A stretch of 64,000 nucleotides of DNA from Podarcis cretensis (Eukaryota). A program made the position numbers and the translations under genes. Each line of letters starts with the position of its first letter. The stretch's first letter is position 1. Shown here one piece after another: positions 49,441 to 61,633 of the stretch. Below the pieces are notes generated by a model. That model did no database searches. It was not told where the DNA came from and saw nothing but the letters and a program-made list of their open reading frames with translations. Location: contig OX638156.1 in the NCBI GenBank assembly GCA_951804945.1, positions 33,914,001 through 33,978,000 of the forward strand, in the 5' to 3' direction.

Positions 49441-49789
49441 TTTCCAATACTGGGGTATTGATTGGTTTCCACCCTCGTCCTTCCAAACCCCACTCTGACG
49501 AGGATGTAAACCAATCAATACCCCAGTACTGGAATGACACTTCTATGGAATACCTTAGAAGTACACAAAGAACACAATGGGTTAAAAAGCGAGGCAAGAA
49601 GAAGACAAGCAAGTCCTCTGCCATACCGTCAGGGTGCCTTATGGACTCCCTCATGTCCTGCTTGTGAGCTGCCCACATACATCTAGTTGGCCGCTGTGAT
49701 AAGCAAATGCAGGACGAGATAAGCCTTTGGCCCCATCCACCGGATCTTATGTTCCTAGACAGGCCCCTGCTTCCTGAGATAAATTAAAA

Positions 49790-50135
49790 TAAAAACAATT
49801 CAGAACATCTAAAAACATTTCTAAATCGTCAGATACCCTCAGAGTTAATTATTCCAAGATTGCCAAAAGCAGACTCTTTCAACCATAAAATAATAAGGAA
49901 ATAGGCAGGTGCATCCCTCCAGGGGATTCCACAAAGGAGGAGCCACCACCAAGCAGTCCCCGTTGTGGTGAGGCATAGCCAAGCAGGCAACATCTAGCAG
50001 CAGCAGCAGCACCAACATGGCCTCCTCTGTTGACTGCAGGGCCCAAGCCAATTGATATTGGACTATTCAGGTCCCAGTCCATGTCAGGCTTGTATGCTAT
50101 CCCCAACACCTTGAACTGGACCCTGTAGATCACTG
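49790..50135 (-). mobile_element. Degraded L2 LINE 3' fragment
   Basis: IYRVQFKVLGIAYK and VVAPPLWNPL motifs in minus-strand ORFs. Confidence 0.65.
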
Positions 50136-50261
50136 GTGGCCAGCACAGTAGATATTTATTCCGGTATTACGGTAAGAGATATAATGCTATTGCTGGTAAA
50201 GGGCCCCAGGGCATGATCCAAGCCAGGGCTCAAGGGAGACAGGTGCTATTTTGCCATGGTG

Positions 50262-50772
50262 AGTTGGGTATGTCTAGCCTGGAGAAGAGAAGAGGTGATG
50301 TGATAGCCACCTTCAACTATCTCAAGGGCTTTCACATGGAAGATGGAGCAAGCTTGGTTTTTTGCAGCGGCAGAAGGTAGGTCTCAGATTAATTGATTCA
50401 AATTATCGTAAAGGAGTTTCTGATTAAACATTAGCAAGAACTTTCTGATAGGAAGAGCTGTTTGATAGTGGATTGAGCTACCTTAGAAGGTGGTGGACTC
50501 CTTCATTGGAGGTTTTTTTAATAGAGGTTGGGTGGCCACATCTCAGGGATTATTTTTCTGTGATTCCTGTTCTGCAGTGGATTAGTCTAGATCAGGCATA
50601 GGCAACCTTCCGCCCTACAGATGTTTTGGCCTACAACTCCCATGATCCCTAGCTAACAGGACCAGTGGTCAGGGGTGATGGAAATTGTAGTCCAAAACAT
50701 CAGGAGGGCCAAAGGTTGCCTATGCCTGGTCTAGATGGCCCTCGAGATCCCTTCCAGCTCTATAATTCTATT
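50262..50772 (+). mobile_element. CR1 LINE 3' fragment (interrupted by a hAT MITE)
   Basis: tctagcctggagaagagaag...caagaactttctga...tctagatggccctcgagatcccttccagctctataattcta. Confidence 0.85.
50593..50728. mobile_element. Palindromic hAT (Charlie-type) MITE, intact
   Basis: TIR caggcataggcaacctt / aaggttgcctatgcctg; perfect 8-bp TSD gtctagat (50585-50592, 50729-50736). Confidence 0.9.
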
Positions 50773-53294
50773 AAAAAGACTCTTTCACTGCAGAGTAGTG
50801 GCACTTTATAACCTTCAAAAATCAAGAAGAAACAGCATCTACATATTTTTTTAAAGAAAGTATTTTTTTAAAGAAAATACACATACCTGAGCTTATTTTC
50901 ATGTGAACTGACTCCTCTCCAGTGATATCCACTTCTGCTTTCATCCACATTGCCACCTACAAAAGAAATGTTTATGTTAAATTATGTTGCAGCTTAAGTG
51001 ATGTTTTTCCTTCCATTATCTCTTTTGTCAGTACTTAATTGAAAACCTCAATAAACAATTTATAAAAAAGCAAAATGCATCAGACGCTGGGGAGGGGGGC
51101 TCACTTTTAAGAAAATTAATTGAACATTGACTTTGTGCTGAGGAAAATGAAGGGGAAATGCACTATAACGTGTGGGATCCCAGTAGCTTGATGTGATGTC
51201 ATCTCACCTCCTCAAAAACACATTAGAACAAATGCCCAATGAACCATAGATGCTGTAGAACCTCATCACACACATTGTGCAGACCAATCAGCCTGACTGC
51301 TTAAGAAACAGGGTGTCCTATGCAAGGAAGATCCAGCTCCAAACCCAGCTAAGGCACAAAAGCTAGGAGGACAATCACTTTCTCACAGCCCAACCTCAGG
51401 CATTTTCAGAACACAACATAAAAAGAGACCTGCAGTTGGATCAAGCCAGTGGATCATCTAATCCTACATCCAGTGGCCAGCCAGATGCCTTTGGGACACC
51501 CACAACCAGGAGTTCCAGAGCAGCTTTACTTGAGCGATCTGAATTTACCTGCCTGTGATGGAATCCGTCCTGAAAATAGCAACAGCCTGGAAGAATCACC
51601 CATGTGTTGTTGTTGTTGTTTTAAAAAAATAATTAATGGAAAATCAAAATTAGAAATGAAACAAAGGAGCACAATCAAAGTTACAAAACTGGAGCGTTGC
51701 AGCAGTTGTATTTTGTCGAGTAAAGAAAGAGGTGAAAATATAGAAAAATAAGAGCAGCAAAACACATTATGAAAGCCAAATTTCACGATTTTCTGAGGGA
51801 AGAGAGTTTTTTATATCTAATCTTGACGCATAAGAAATGAAATCCCACCCAACGGAGTAGAAATGTGCTGGGTCTTCATAACCCTTAGAAATGCATCATT
51901 GGTGAGTTATTTTCTCTGATGCAACCAGAGCCCACATCTTCTGGAAGCACCCACATGTGACAGGGCTGTTGTTGGGTTGAAAGGCAGGAAGAGACGTGGG
52001 CACACAACTCTGAGGTTTTCTGGAGGAAGGGGAAGACTATGAATGATGATGAAGAGGGTTGGTGGGATGAACGATGGAGTCTCTTCCCTGTCTCCTGTGT
52101 GACATGTTGCCACTTTCCTGCCCAGCTCGTCAAGGTGTGGATAGCATGTCCAGCTGGTTGTCCTGCCCATGTAGAGCAGGTGGGGGAGCATTGTCTTCTG
52201 GGCAACCTTCTGGGGGCTACATGCCAGTGGTGGGCAGGGCCATTGTGAAAAGAAGGCAGGGCATCAAATGTGAATTTTACCTTTGTGCAGTCAGCTTGTT
52301 TCTACACACACCCTTGCATCCCTCTCTGTCATCCATCTAAGAAGGCAAGAGGCATTATTGGAGTTCAGGAACACAATTCAGCCAAGCACTCAAGGTTTGT
52401 GAAAGAGGCATGTGACTGGAGGAGAACCTTGAAAGCCAGACTGAGAGGTCTGGAGGGCCACATTTGGACCCAAGTTCTGTGGTTCCCCAGAGGTTCATTC
52501 ACACATTGATGTTTTGAGAAAAAGAGACACTAACTTCTGAATTATACAGAACTCTGTTTCAGACAATGATAACCACACATGTTTGTTCATTTAGGGTGCA
52601 GTTCCACATCCCCATGGTGGGCGACCCGTAAGAAATATATGGTCCCCAGTTATTGGACACAGCTCTGGTGTCAGAAAGGGAGATCTGACGTCAGAATCCC
52701 ACTTCCTGATGCTGCAGAAATCTTTGAGGCCCTGCCCTAGCCGATGCCTGAGCTCTGATGTCAGCAGGATTCAAAGGAGGCGTTTTACAGTAATTGGACA
52801 GCAAAATAAATCAAACACTTATAACACATAAACGTTAACGACACTAAAGGCAGCAAACTAGAGAGTGGCCAACAAGACCAAGTTTTAGAACACTGCAAAT
52901 ATTAAAACCCACATCCTAAAAGGCCTTTGGAGATCTGGTGCCCTCTGTGTGCTTCAGACTATAAGTCCCATAAGAACAGCTGGGATCTCAGCATCATACG
53001 GCTGTGCTGGTTGACTGATGGGAGTTGGAGTCCAGAACAACTGGAGGGCATCATGTTGGCAAAGACTAAAAGAACAAAAACCTTTTTACCTGGTTCCTCA
53101 ATGATGACAAAACTGGTATCATATAAATTTCATTGGGAAAGAATTCCCTTGACATGAAATCATAGCTGAGAACATCCCATTTCTGGTTGCCACCTCAGAT
53201 ACCGTGGGCACCTGGAGGAAGTTCATAGCGACTGGGCAAGTTGCCCTGGGATACATGCTATAAGGAATCTCTCATTCTCATTCACTGAGGAGGA

Positions 53295-53482
53295 AGGTGC
53301 GTAGCTCAGTGGTAGAGCATCTTCTTTACATGCAGAAGATCCCAGGCTCGATCCCAGGAGCATCTCCAGGTTCAGCTGGGAGAGAAGCCTGTCTGAAATC
53401 CTGGAGAGGCCCTGCCAGTAGGAAAGTACAGAGCTAGCTGGACCAATGGTCTGACACAGTATAAGGTAGCTTCCTGTGTTCA
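53295..53482 (+). mobile_element. tRNA-derived SINE (~190 bp)
   Basis: tagctcagtggtagagc A box, ggctcgatccc B box, tail ggtctgacacagtataaggtagcttcct. Further copies near 9715, 16280, 30170, 42170, 55895 and 59205. Confidence 0.75.
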
Positions 53483-53588
53483 TGCTGATGTCCGTTCCTC
53501 ATGGATTAGGAAAGTTGTAGTCCAACAACGTCTGGAAGGCTACAACTGCCTTATCTGTGTCCATTGGCCATGCTGGTTATGGAGATGA

Positions 53589-53907
53589 CATACCCTCCAA
53601 CATGAAAATAGGGACGTCCCATTCCATAATGATAATTTTACTATTTATACCCCACACATCTTACTGGGTTGCCCCAGCCACTCTGCGCAGCTTCCAACAT
53701 ATATAAAAACATAACAACGCATTCAACATTTTAAAAAACCTACCTTATACAGGATTGCCTTCAATAACTCCATACCCTCCAACATTTCTCCCATGAAAAT
53801 AGGGACATCCAAAGGAAAAGTGGGACATTCCAGGATCAAATCAGAAACTAGGACGGCTTACATGTATCAGGGACATCCCTGGAAAATAGGGACACTTGGA
53901 GGGTCTG
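53589..53907. mobile_element. hAT-like MITE with duplicated left end and an L2 tail insertion
   Basis: cataccctccaacat...aaaatagggac at 53589 and again at 53771; right end ttggagggtctg; repeated gggac subterminal motifs. Confidence 0.55.
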
Positions 53908-54757
53908 AGATGATAGTAGCTGAAGTCAAACAATAGCATTTGGGAGGCTACAGCACCCCAACCCTCTTTTGGGGGTTTCTTCAGAAGAGACATAACCTTT
54001 TATTTGAGGATAGGTCCCAAACTAAAAACAACAACAGTGTAGTCTGAGATTTTGTAGTATCCACAGGAGACTCTGCAGTATTGGCCAACACTGGGCTGCA
54101 CAAACCCAAACAACTTTGCTGCATGTGGTGTGTGTGTGTTGGTCATGTGACCATTAGAAGTAAGTATCCAAAGAAGCTCTAAGAGCCAGAAATTAAAATG
54201 CAGAAGTTCTTATCAGATCACGTTGGACTTCATAAGTATATTTTAAAATTTGTTCAAAATGGCTGCTGCCTTTCACTAGCAGTGCCAATTTTTAACTGGT
54301 TGAGCTACTGTGATGTCATAGACTGTTGTCACACATTCAGACTTCTGAGAGGGAAGGCCAAGGACTGGATGTTGACAACCAGGGCAAAAAGTCACTTTGG
54401 ATGGAGGAAAAACCTAGGGACAGGAATGACATGTTTTCAGTTGCTGGGAACATATCCAACAGGTCATTGAGATGGGGAAATATGGAGGTAGTAGAAGAAG
54501 GTCTGTGTTGCATGTATTCCTTTGATATAAGCAACTAAATTTGGGGGGCAACAGCTGTCTATTGGTGCAGAGAACTGTGCATTATTTCCCACCACTTTGA
54601 TAGCTAAATGGATCATCCAGATTCAGAGGCAGTACACCTCTGAATAATAGGTGTTGAGAACACCTTGCTTGTGAGCTGGCTGTTTCCAGTGGTTGCAACA
54701 GGATGCTGAACTAGACAGGCCTTTGGTCAAATCCAACTGGCCTTTTCTTGTATGCAC

Positions 54758-54773
54758 TGCTGCCCTCTAGTGG
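54758..54773 (-). promoter_or_regulatory. CTCF core motif
   Basis: Minus strand CCACTAGAGGGCAGCA. Confidence 0.65.
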
Positions 54774-56297
54774 ATGATTTTAGAGCTGCTTTCTAATATG
54801 CCACAGACCTTCTACTGCTTTAAAAGCCTTTGATGCATCAAATAATTACACAAGAAACACTGTTCTCTTTGTTGATGAAGGGCGGGGCGGTGGGGTATAG
54901 GAATCATCATTAGTTGAGCTGCCACCCCCTGGTTAAATGTGTGCCACCAATAATGGCAAATTAGTGTCTATGTGGTAATAAACAGGGAGAAAGAAACTGT
55001 AATTAAAAGCAATTAGCAGAGAAAGTCTAGGACACAATAATATAGCTATATCCTCATAAATGCAATTAATAAGTGTATAATGCAGGGACTACCCAGGGAT
55101 TAATATATGCAAATGCTGATATGTTGTAGCTACATTAGAGAAAAATGCCCTGCAGTAACTCTATGCAGATAAGTGGCAACCGAATCTGGCTGTGGTCACC
55201 ATTAAGGCACAAGCATCTTTTCTCATCAGACAATGGATTTAAACTTGGAAAGATTTATAGGCAGAAGAAAATCCTGCCTTTACTTTCTAGACTAGACAAA
55301 GCATGGTGTGTGTGTGTGTGTGTGCGTTTGCAAGGGTCATGCAAAGTCCATGCAATGCTTCATCTGATTGTCAGGTGTTTATCCTACCTTCTCACTCTGA
55401 ATGTTGTGCTCAAAGCAGCTGACATCAGTGAAAAAATAACAATGCATGTGTCTTGGGTGGGAAAACTTGGGCGCAGGTGCCAAATCCAGCCCCCCTCCCT
55501 AACCTCTCCACCTGGTCCTTGGAACTCTTCCTCCGGCCATGTCCCTCACTGACCCCACTACGCGCCCTGATTGTCTGTGCTGGTTGTGATATGTCTTTTG
55601 CATGTCTTGATGGAAGACAGGGAGGTGTGTGTAGAAACTAGCCAGCTGCGCAAACGTAAATTTTCCATTGGCTGCTCTGCCCACATTGGCCTCTAGCCCC
55701 ACCCAGCACTGGCAGGTGGACCCCAGAAGGTTACCCAGATGCCCTCTGAGTGAAAAGGGTTCCCCACACATGGTCAAAAATTAAGAGTAAAGCCCGTGGC
55801 TGAGTGGGTTGTGTGGCCTGGGGAGGAACCATAGGCCTGGCAGAGATCACTGGTCACCCACATTTGGCTCACAGGCCTGAGGCTCCCCACGTCTGGCCTA
55901 CACAGACTAGCAGTATCTCTCCAGAGTTTCTGATGGAGAGCCTTTTCCAATTCTATCTGGAGACACCAGGGATTGAACCTGGAGCTTTTTGCCTGCTCTG
56001 ATCCCTTCATGCAGGCAGGCAAATCTTGGCTGCTACCAATTTGGGATGCCTCTGGAACTCATTCCACTCAGAGTCTAAATGAAATTTCATGTAAACTCCA
56101 AAACCCAACTATTAAATAAGGTATTTGCAGCGATCTCATTTGGCTTCAGTTTCTTAAAAGGTAGCTAAGATGGTGGTGCTAAGTGACTTTCCTTGAATGC
56201 CAGATTCCTGTGAGGTCAGTGGGACTTTTAACTACACTTCTGAGGCACTGAAATAGCATTAACAGGTCAGGGATTTGTTTTGTTTTTAAGTTTAGGA

Positions 56298-56314
56298 TGT
56301 GCCCCCTAGTGGTC
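56298..56314 (-). promoter_or_regulatory. CTCF core motif
   Basis: Minus strand GACCACTAGGGGGCACA. Confidence 0.6.
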
Positions 56315-57035
56315 ATTAGAAAAACATCCATGTCCACTTAAAAACCAAGCCATCCTTTAGAGCACTTACTATCTGTAATGTGGGATTGGATTCACCCAAG
56401 TGACTGAAGCCTAACCTCTTCCATGCCCTCTTTCAAGTGATGTTTTCTGTCACCCATAAAGATATTAAAAGTTCCCGGCAGTGCATTATGAACCAATTAA
56501 TGCAAATTTCCATGGCACTGCAGATCAAATTTAACTGTGGCTGCACACAGAGGTTGCAATTAGAATGGCAGACGCAATTATGAAGGTTATAAGACCAGGG
56601 CATTGTGGGAAAGAGGGGAAATTGGGCCTGTCCTTTGGGGCAATAATAACTAGTAATATTTACATGTCTGTTTTGACAATCAGGCATATCAGCCTTAATG
56701 TTGGTACAAAAGAATCTTAGAGACGGGCTGAAAGGATACTGATTCTGGAGTTATTCAGTGAGACTTCCCCTCATCTTCCTGGAAATGCCACTTGCTCACA
56801 CCCCAGCCTTCCAGTTGCCATCAAACAAAGTTGGCATGAGGCAATAGTGCAGACATGGCTGACCTTTGGCCCTACAGATGTTGCTGATTTCACAGGAAAT
56901 CACAAAAGGGCCAGGTTTCGCTCCACAAATCTCTCAAAGGCCACAAAGATGTTCCAAATGCCAGTAAGTAATGTTACACCCCAACTGTAGCCACCATGTC
57001 CTCACTGACCAATCCTTCCATAAAACTTCACAAAG

Positions 57036-57103
57036 AAGGGAAGGGGAAGGGGAAGGGGAAGGGGAAGGGGAAGGGGAAGGGGAAGGAAAGGAAAGGAAAG
57101 GAA
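57036..57103. repeat. (GGGGAA)n/(GGAAA)n purine repeat
   Basis: Direct reading. Confidence 0.9.
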
Positions 57104-57361
57104 GTTTGGGATGGGTCAATATACGTAGCCATAAAAAGGAGGAATTGATTTTCCCGAAGGATCTGTTTTAGTGGGAGATGTAGGGAGCTAGCCCCCCCTT
57201 TCTCCAGGGCATCCCAGTCAGAGTATTATTGTCCACAATATGCCCTACAGTTCAAATGAAATGCCAGTTCAGGGTGGGGAGCATGATGAGAAACTGACCC
57301 CATATGGTGCATTTCGTTACATAACTCCAGCAACAAAAGTGAAGCTGTGCTGAGTACAATA

Positions 57362-57592
57362 CAGTGGTAACTTGGGTTACATACACTTCAGGTTACATAC
57401 GCTTCAGGTTACAGACTCTGCTAACCCAGAAATACTACCTCGGGTTAAGAACTTTGCTTCAGGATGAGAACATAAATCGTGCTCCGGCGGTGCAAGGCCC
57501 CATTAGCTAAAGTGGTGCTTCAGGTTAAGAACAGTTTCAGGTTAAGAACAGACCTCCAGAACGAATTAAATAGTTAACCTGAGGTACCACTG
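57362..57592 (+). mobile_element. Tc1/mariner-type MITE
   Basis: TA|cagtggta...gaggtaccactg|TA, same interior as the other copies. Confidence 0.85.
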
Positions 57593-58036
57593 TAAACAGC
57601 AGCCACTGAAAGTGCAAGGCCCTGCCAAGTTGAATTTTTGCAATCTGAATTTCAACAGTGTGAGAGACGACACAAGGAAAGAGGAAAGGGTGGAAGGCAA
57701 AGAAAGCGGGTGGACGTGAGCAAATTGCAGTTTTGTGAACTTAGGATTCATCTCTGCTGGGGATGAAGTCGAAAGCATCGAATCCAACACTTCACGGAAG
57801 AGGTGGCTTTTGAGGAGGGATTTGGAGGGAGGGAGAGATAATATAAGGCTGAGTTTAACAGTTGCACTCATGTTAGCTAGAGGATCAGCAATATGAAATG
57901 TGTTCAGATGGAGGGCTTTGCTAAGGATCAATGAACCTGGGTGCCTTCTTATAATTTTCACCCACCAATGGGGTGGAAAGAGGAAATGGCCAAACAGGAA
58001 TCTGAAGAAGGCGGCCATTCTAGCTGGGCTTACAGA

Positions 58037-58057
58037 TTCAGCACCACAGACAGCTCC
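58037..58057 (+). promoter_or_regulatory. RE1/NRSE (REST-binding) motif
   Basis: TTCAGCACCACAGACAGCTCC versus consensus TTCAGCACCnCGGACAGCnCC; one G>A change. Confidence 0.6.
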
Positions 58058-60261
58058 CTAGTAGGCACTTGTGGGGAGATTAATTTGGTTGGCATTTTAA
58101 GGAGAACCTGCCCTTATTCACACGTACCCCAAGCAAAAAATGTGAACTGACGCACAGCTATACTTCAAAGCCCACACTTCTCCAAATTCTGCCTTTCAGA
58201 TCTTGAACAAGGAATGTGCATATTAAAGTGCACATGGAAAATCTATAGGTAACATAGCACATTTATGTATTATTTATTCATCTGTTACATTTCTATTCCA
58301 CCTTTCCTTCAGGGAGCTCAGGGAGTATGTACATGGTCCCACACACACTCATTTTACCCTGTGAGGTAGGTTAGGCTGAGAGCCAGTGATTGGCCCAAGG
58401 TCTCCCAGTGAACTTTCATGATTGAGTGGGGATTTGAACCCTGGTCTTCCAGATCCTAGTCCAAGACTTTAACCACTGCAACATACTGGCTCTGTTTCCC
58501 TAATAAAAGGCATTAAAGAAAATTGCTCACTAAAATGTTCTATCAGGCGACAACACCTACGAATTTTATATATTCAGAAAAATGTGCCCTAAATTAATGT
58601 GACTTAATGTGACTTTAAAAAAAATCATAGATTTATGGAAATGGAGCAAGTTGTGAAAATAGAGCAAATTGAACTCAAGGCTGGAAAGATGGAGAGAAAC
58701 CAGAGGCAAAACTTTCACATTACAAATACACTGCGCACACACACATACAACTTCCTAAAAGCCTTGATGTACAGCATTCCCCAAAAATATCTCTGAACGA
58801 GTGGAGGCATGTGCAATTCATAGTTTGCTTGGGATGTGCATGTGCAACAGGATCTCTACAGCCCTCTTCAGGACCTCTTACTCCCATACATGATGGCTCT
58901 TTCGTTTATCCCCACCTCTTCTCCATGAGGTAAAGGCTGACTGAGTGAAGAAGGAAGGGAGCTTGCTGTTCTAGGTTCCCCATCTGTTCTTTGGTTTTTC
59001 CAGGATCCTACACAACCTCTGCTTGGAATGAATAGAAAAGGCTTCCCAGTTTACAACAGTGCTTGAGTAGGGCTAACAGTCTTGTACCATTTCATTGTCA
59101 GGCTATTACTCAGGACCAAACTGCATGTTATGATGGGGCTCTGTGACTGGCACATCTGAGTAGCATTTGTGAGTGTGGCTATTGGAAAGTGCCTTAAACT
59201 GAGTAAGACCACTGGTCCTTCTAGTTCAATATTGTTTGCGCTATGGCTCCCCAGGATTCCAGACAGTGTTCTCTCTCAGGGCTACCTGGAGATGCTAGAG
59301 ATTGATCCTGGAACCTTCCACATGCAAGGCAGATACTCCAGCACTGAGCCATAGAAGGCTAGCCTGGTTATTGTGTAAGCAAATAACCAGGCTTGATGAC
59401 AGAGTGGGGTGAATGCATCTCCTCTTTAAAACCCTACCCCCAGATGTTCATTGATTTGTTACATTAATATAGCTACCCATAAAAAAAAACCCATAAAGTA
59501 TTCCTGTAGAGCCCAATCCAGACAGGGAGCACAGTGCAAGGAGAGAGGAATTATTGGGGATGGATTTCCACTGAGAAATTGGCTGGGATGAAGAGTCAAA
59601 CACCCTTCCTTCTGCACTATGGTTGCAATTGAGATCATCCCATCCCTGCTGTTGAACATCTTGCTCATTTAGATGTTCTGAGCTTTAATTTGGTATCTCA
59701 TCTATCTCTCAACAACTATAGTGATGTCCTAAAAGGCAGTCCAATACTTTAACAGATGTGTAGATTAAGCAATGTGGAGGGTGGACTATGTTGAAAATAT
59801 TTAATATGCACGTGTGTGCACATAAGTAACACTGTAACAGTCTGTGTACTCACCCTAGTGTTTAAATCAATGCAGAGATTCCATTTTTAAAACAAGTCTG
59901 GAATGCATCTCTCTGCAATTATAAGTTCAGCTTGGACAAGTTGTTCAGCCTGAATGAAAATATTGACAAGAACACAGATTTATCTAGGCTCTTACCGGGT
60001 TGTTCGATGTATTAAGTCAGGAGGTTGCCTCACCTTAAGGCTGATTAGCGATTTTTTTTAAAAAAAGGAACAACAACAACATTAAACAAAACAAAACGGT
60101 AATTTACAGAACAAGAACTGCTTACATAAAGCACACATTGTGCAGCAGAGATTTAGGAAACAGTACATAAATGTATGGAGGGTTATACCAAAAAGTGACA
60201 GGGAAGGGGGAGAGCAGGGGAGATGGTGTTGGTTAACAAATGGCAGGCTCTGGAGGATGGT

Positions 60262-60631
60262 TGTTATGTACTGGGTTGAATATGATCCAAACTGCAGCAG
60301 TCTGATTGGCCCTAGAACAATAGGATCCAAAAGGCAGCAGCCTGATTGGTCCTAGAACAATAGGATTCAGAATGCAGCAGTCTGATTGGTCCTAGAACAA
60401 TGCAGCAGTATGATTGGTTGGCAGGAACTACCCAATCATGCTCCAGATAGAAGTGAATCCACAACCTGATTGGCTTACAGTAGAATTCCGGAATTAGCCA
60501 ATCATGTGCAGCCCATTGTGTAAATAATGTATATAAAGCAGATACCTTGAGGGGACTTTCATTCATTCCTCCTCACCACTATGAGCTGACTAAAGAGCAT
60601 GAAATCACTTTGTGACTCTGAGTATATTTCA
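60262..60631 (+). mobile_element. Solo LTR of an LTR retrotransposon
   Basis: TG...CA ends, 5-bp TSD atggt (60257-60261, 60632-60636), ~40-bp tandem repeats with CCAAT boxes, TATA box tatataaa at ~60531, polyA-like actaaa near the 3' end. Confidence 0.88.
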
Positions 60632-61430
60632 ATGGTGAAGGTTGGACCAGCAGCAGAGCTGAGGGGGAGGCAGTGGGTGTACCATTTGGGGCAGCGTGGA
60701 GCCTGCGTGCGCCCGGCATTTTGTCACCCCCCCCAGTGGTGACACCCAGGGTGAACCGCCCCCACCACACCCCCTTCCTCTGCCCCTGGGTGAGGCAACT
60801 GTTGGGGTCCTGAGGCAGAACATGGAAGACATTTCAAAGGCACCTCAGGCTCTGTGCTTCAAGAGTTTGGCTTCCAGTTAGTCCATCTGGTTGCATCCAC
60901 TGTTAGGGCAACAAAATGTGGGGTGAACTGGAGCTCTAAGCTCAATTTCTCATGAATCAGAGGCAAGGCTGGCACAGGAATTAGGGGTGAAGTGGGCACA
61001 GTGTGCCTGGATGATATAAGAGAGAACAAGGTAGAGTTTTTTTGGGTGGTTACATTGCTAAAACCCTCCCCAGGATATGACTCCTCATCTGTAACCCCCC
61101 TCCTGGGATGACTCCTCTGCCCCCCAGGGTCCTGACTCCTGATGCAGCCTCTTCCAACCCACTGGCCCCCACCCCAGCAGGCAAGTCCCACCACGTATCC
61201 TGCTCCAACCAGCTTCTCCATGATGTTTCTTTTGGGCTCATGACACCAGCCTCTCTAATTTGCACTTTCAAAACAGAGATACAGCTGTCCTTTGAAATTG
61301 GCACTTCTTTGACTTTTGCAAGGTGGCTCCGCAGCCAAGCAGTGTGTAAAACAAATGCATATACCAGGGGCAACTGTGCATGGAAATGCATACATTTATG
61401 AAAGTAACGTTAAAAGGGATTATATTAGTG

Positions 61431-61633
61431 CAGGCACGTCCAACAGGTAGATCACAATCTACCGGTAGATCACTGGACGTCTGTGGTAGATCACTGGTAG
61501 ATTACTGGCTCCCCCCAAAGAAGCTCAGCAACTTTGACCTGAACCCCAAGAAACAGGGCTTTCCTTCCTAAAGAAAGCTCAACAACCTTCATGTGTGAGC
61601 AGATCGTAGTGTCTTGGGAATTGGCCACCCCTG
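61431..61633. mobile_element. hAT MITE
   Basis: cagg...cctg ends, perfect 8-bp TSD tattagtg (61423-61430, 61634-61641), internal ggtagatc repeats. Confidence 0.85.

Noticed and set aside
53295-53370. tRNA genes here and at 6782 and 22336
   Set aside because: A/B boxes are present but the stems are degenerate and run into SINE bodies.
60285-60420. CRISPR-like regularly spaced repeats
   Set aside because: Tandem ~40-bp units without unique spacers inside a eukaryotic LTR; no cas genes.
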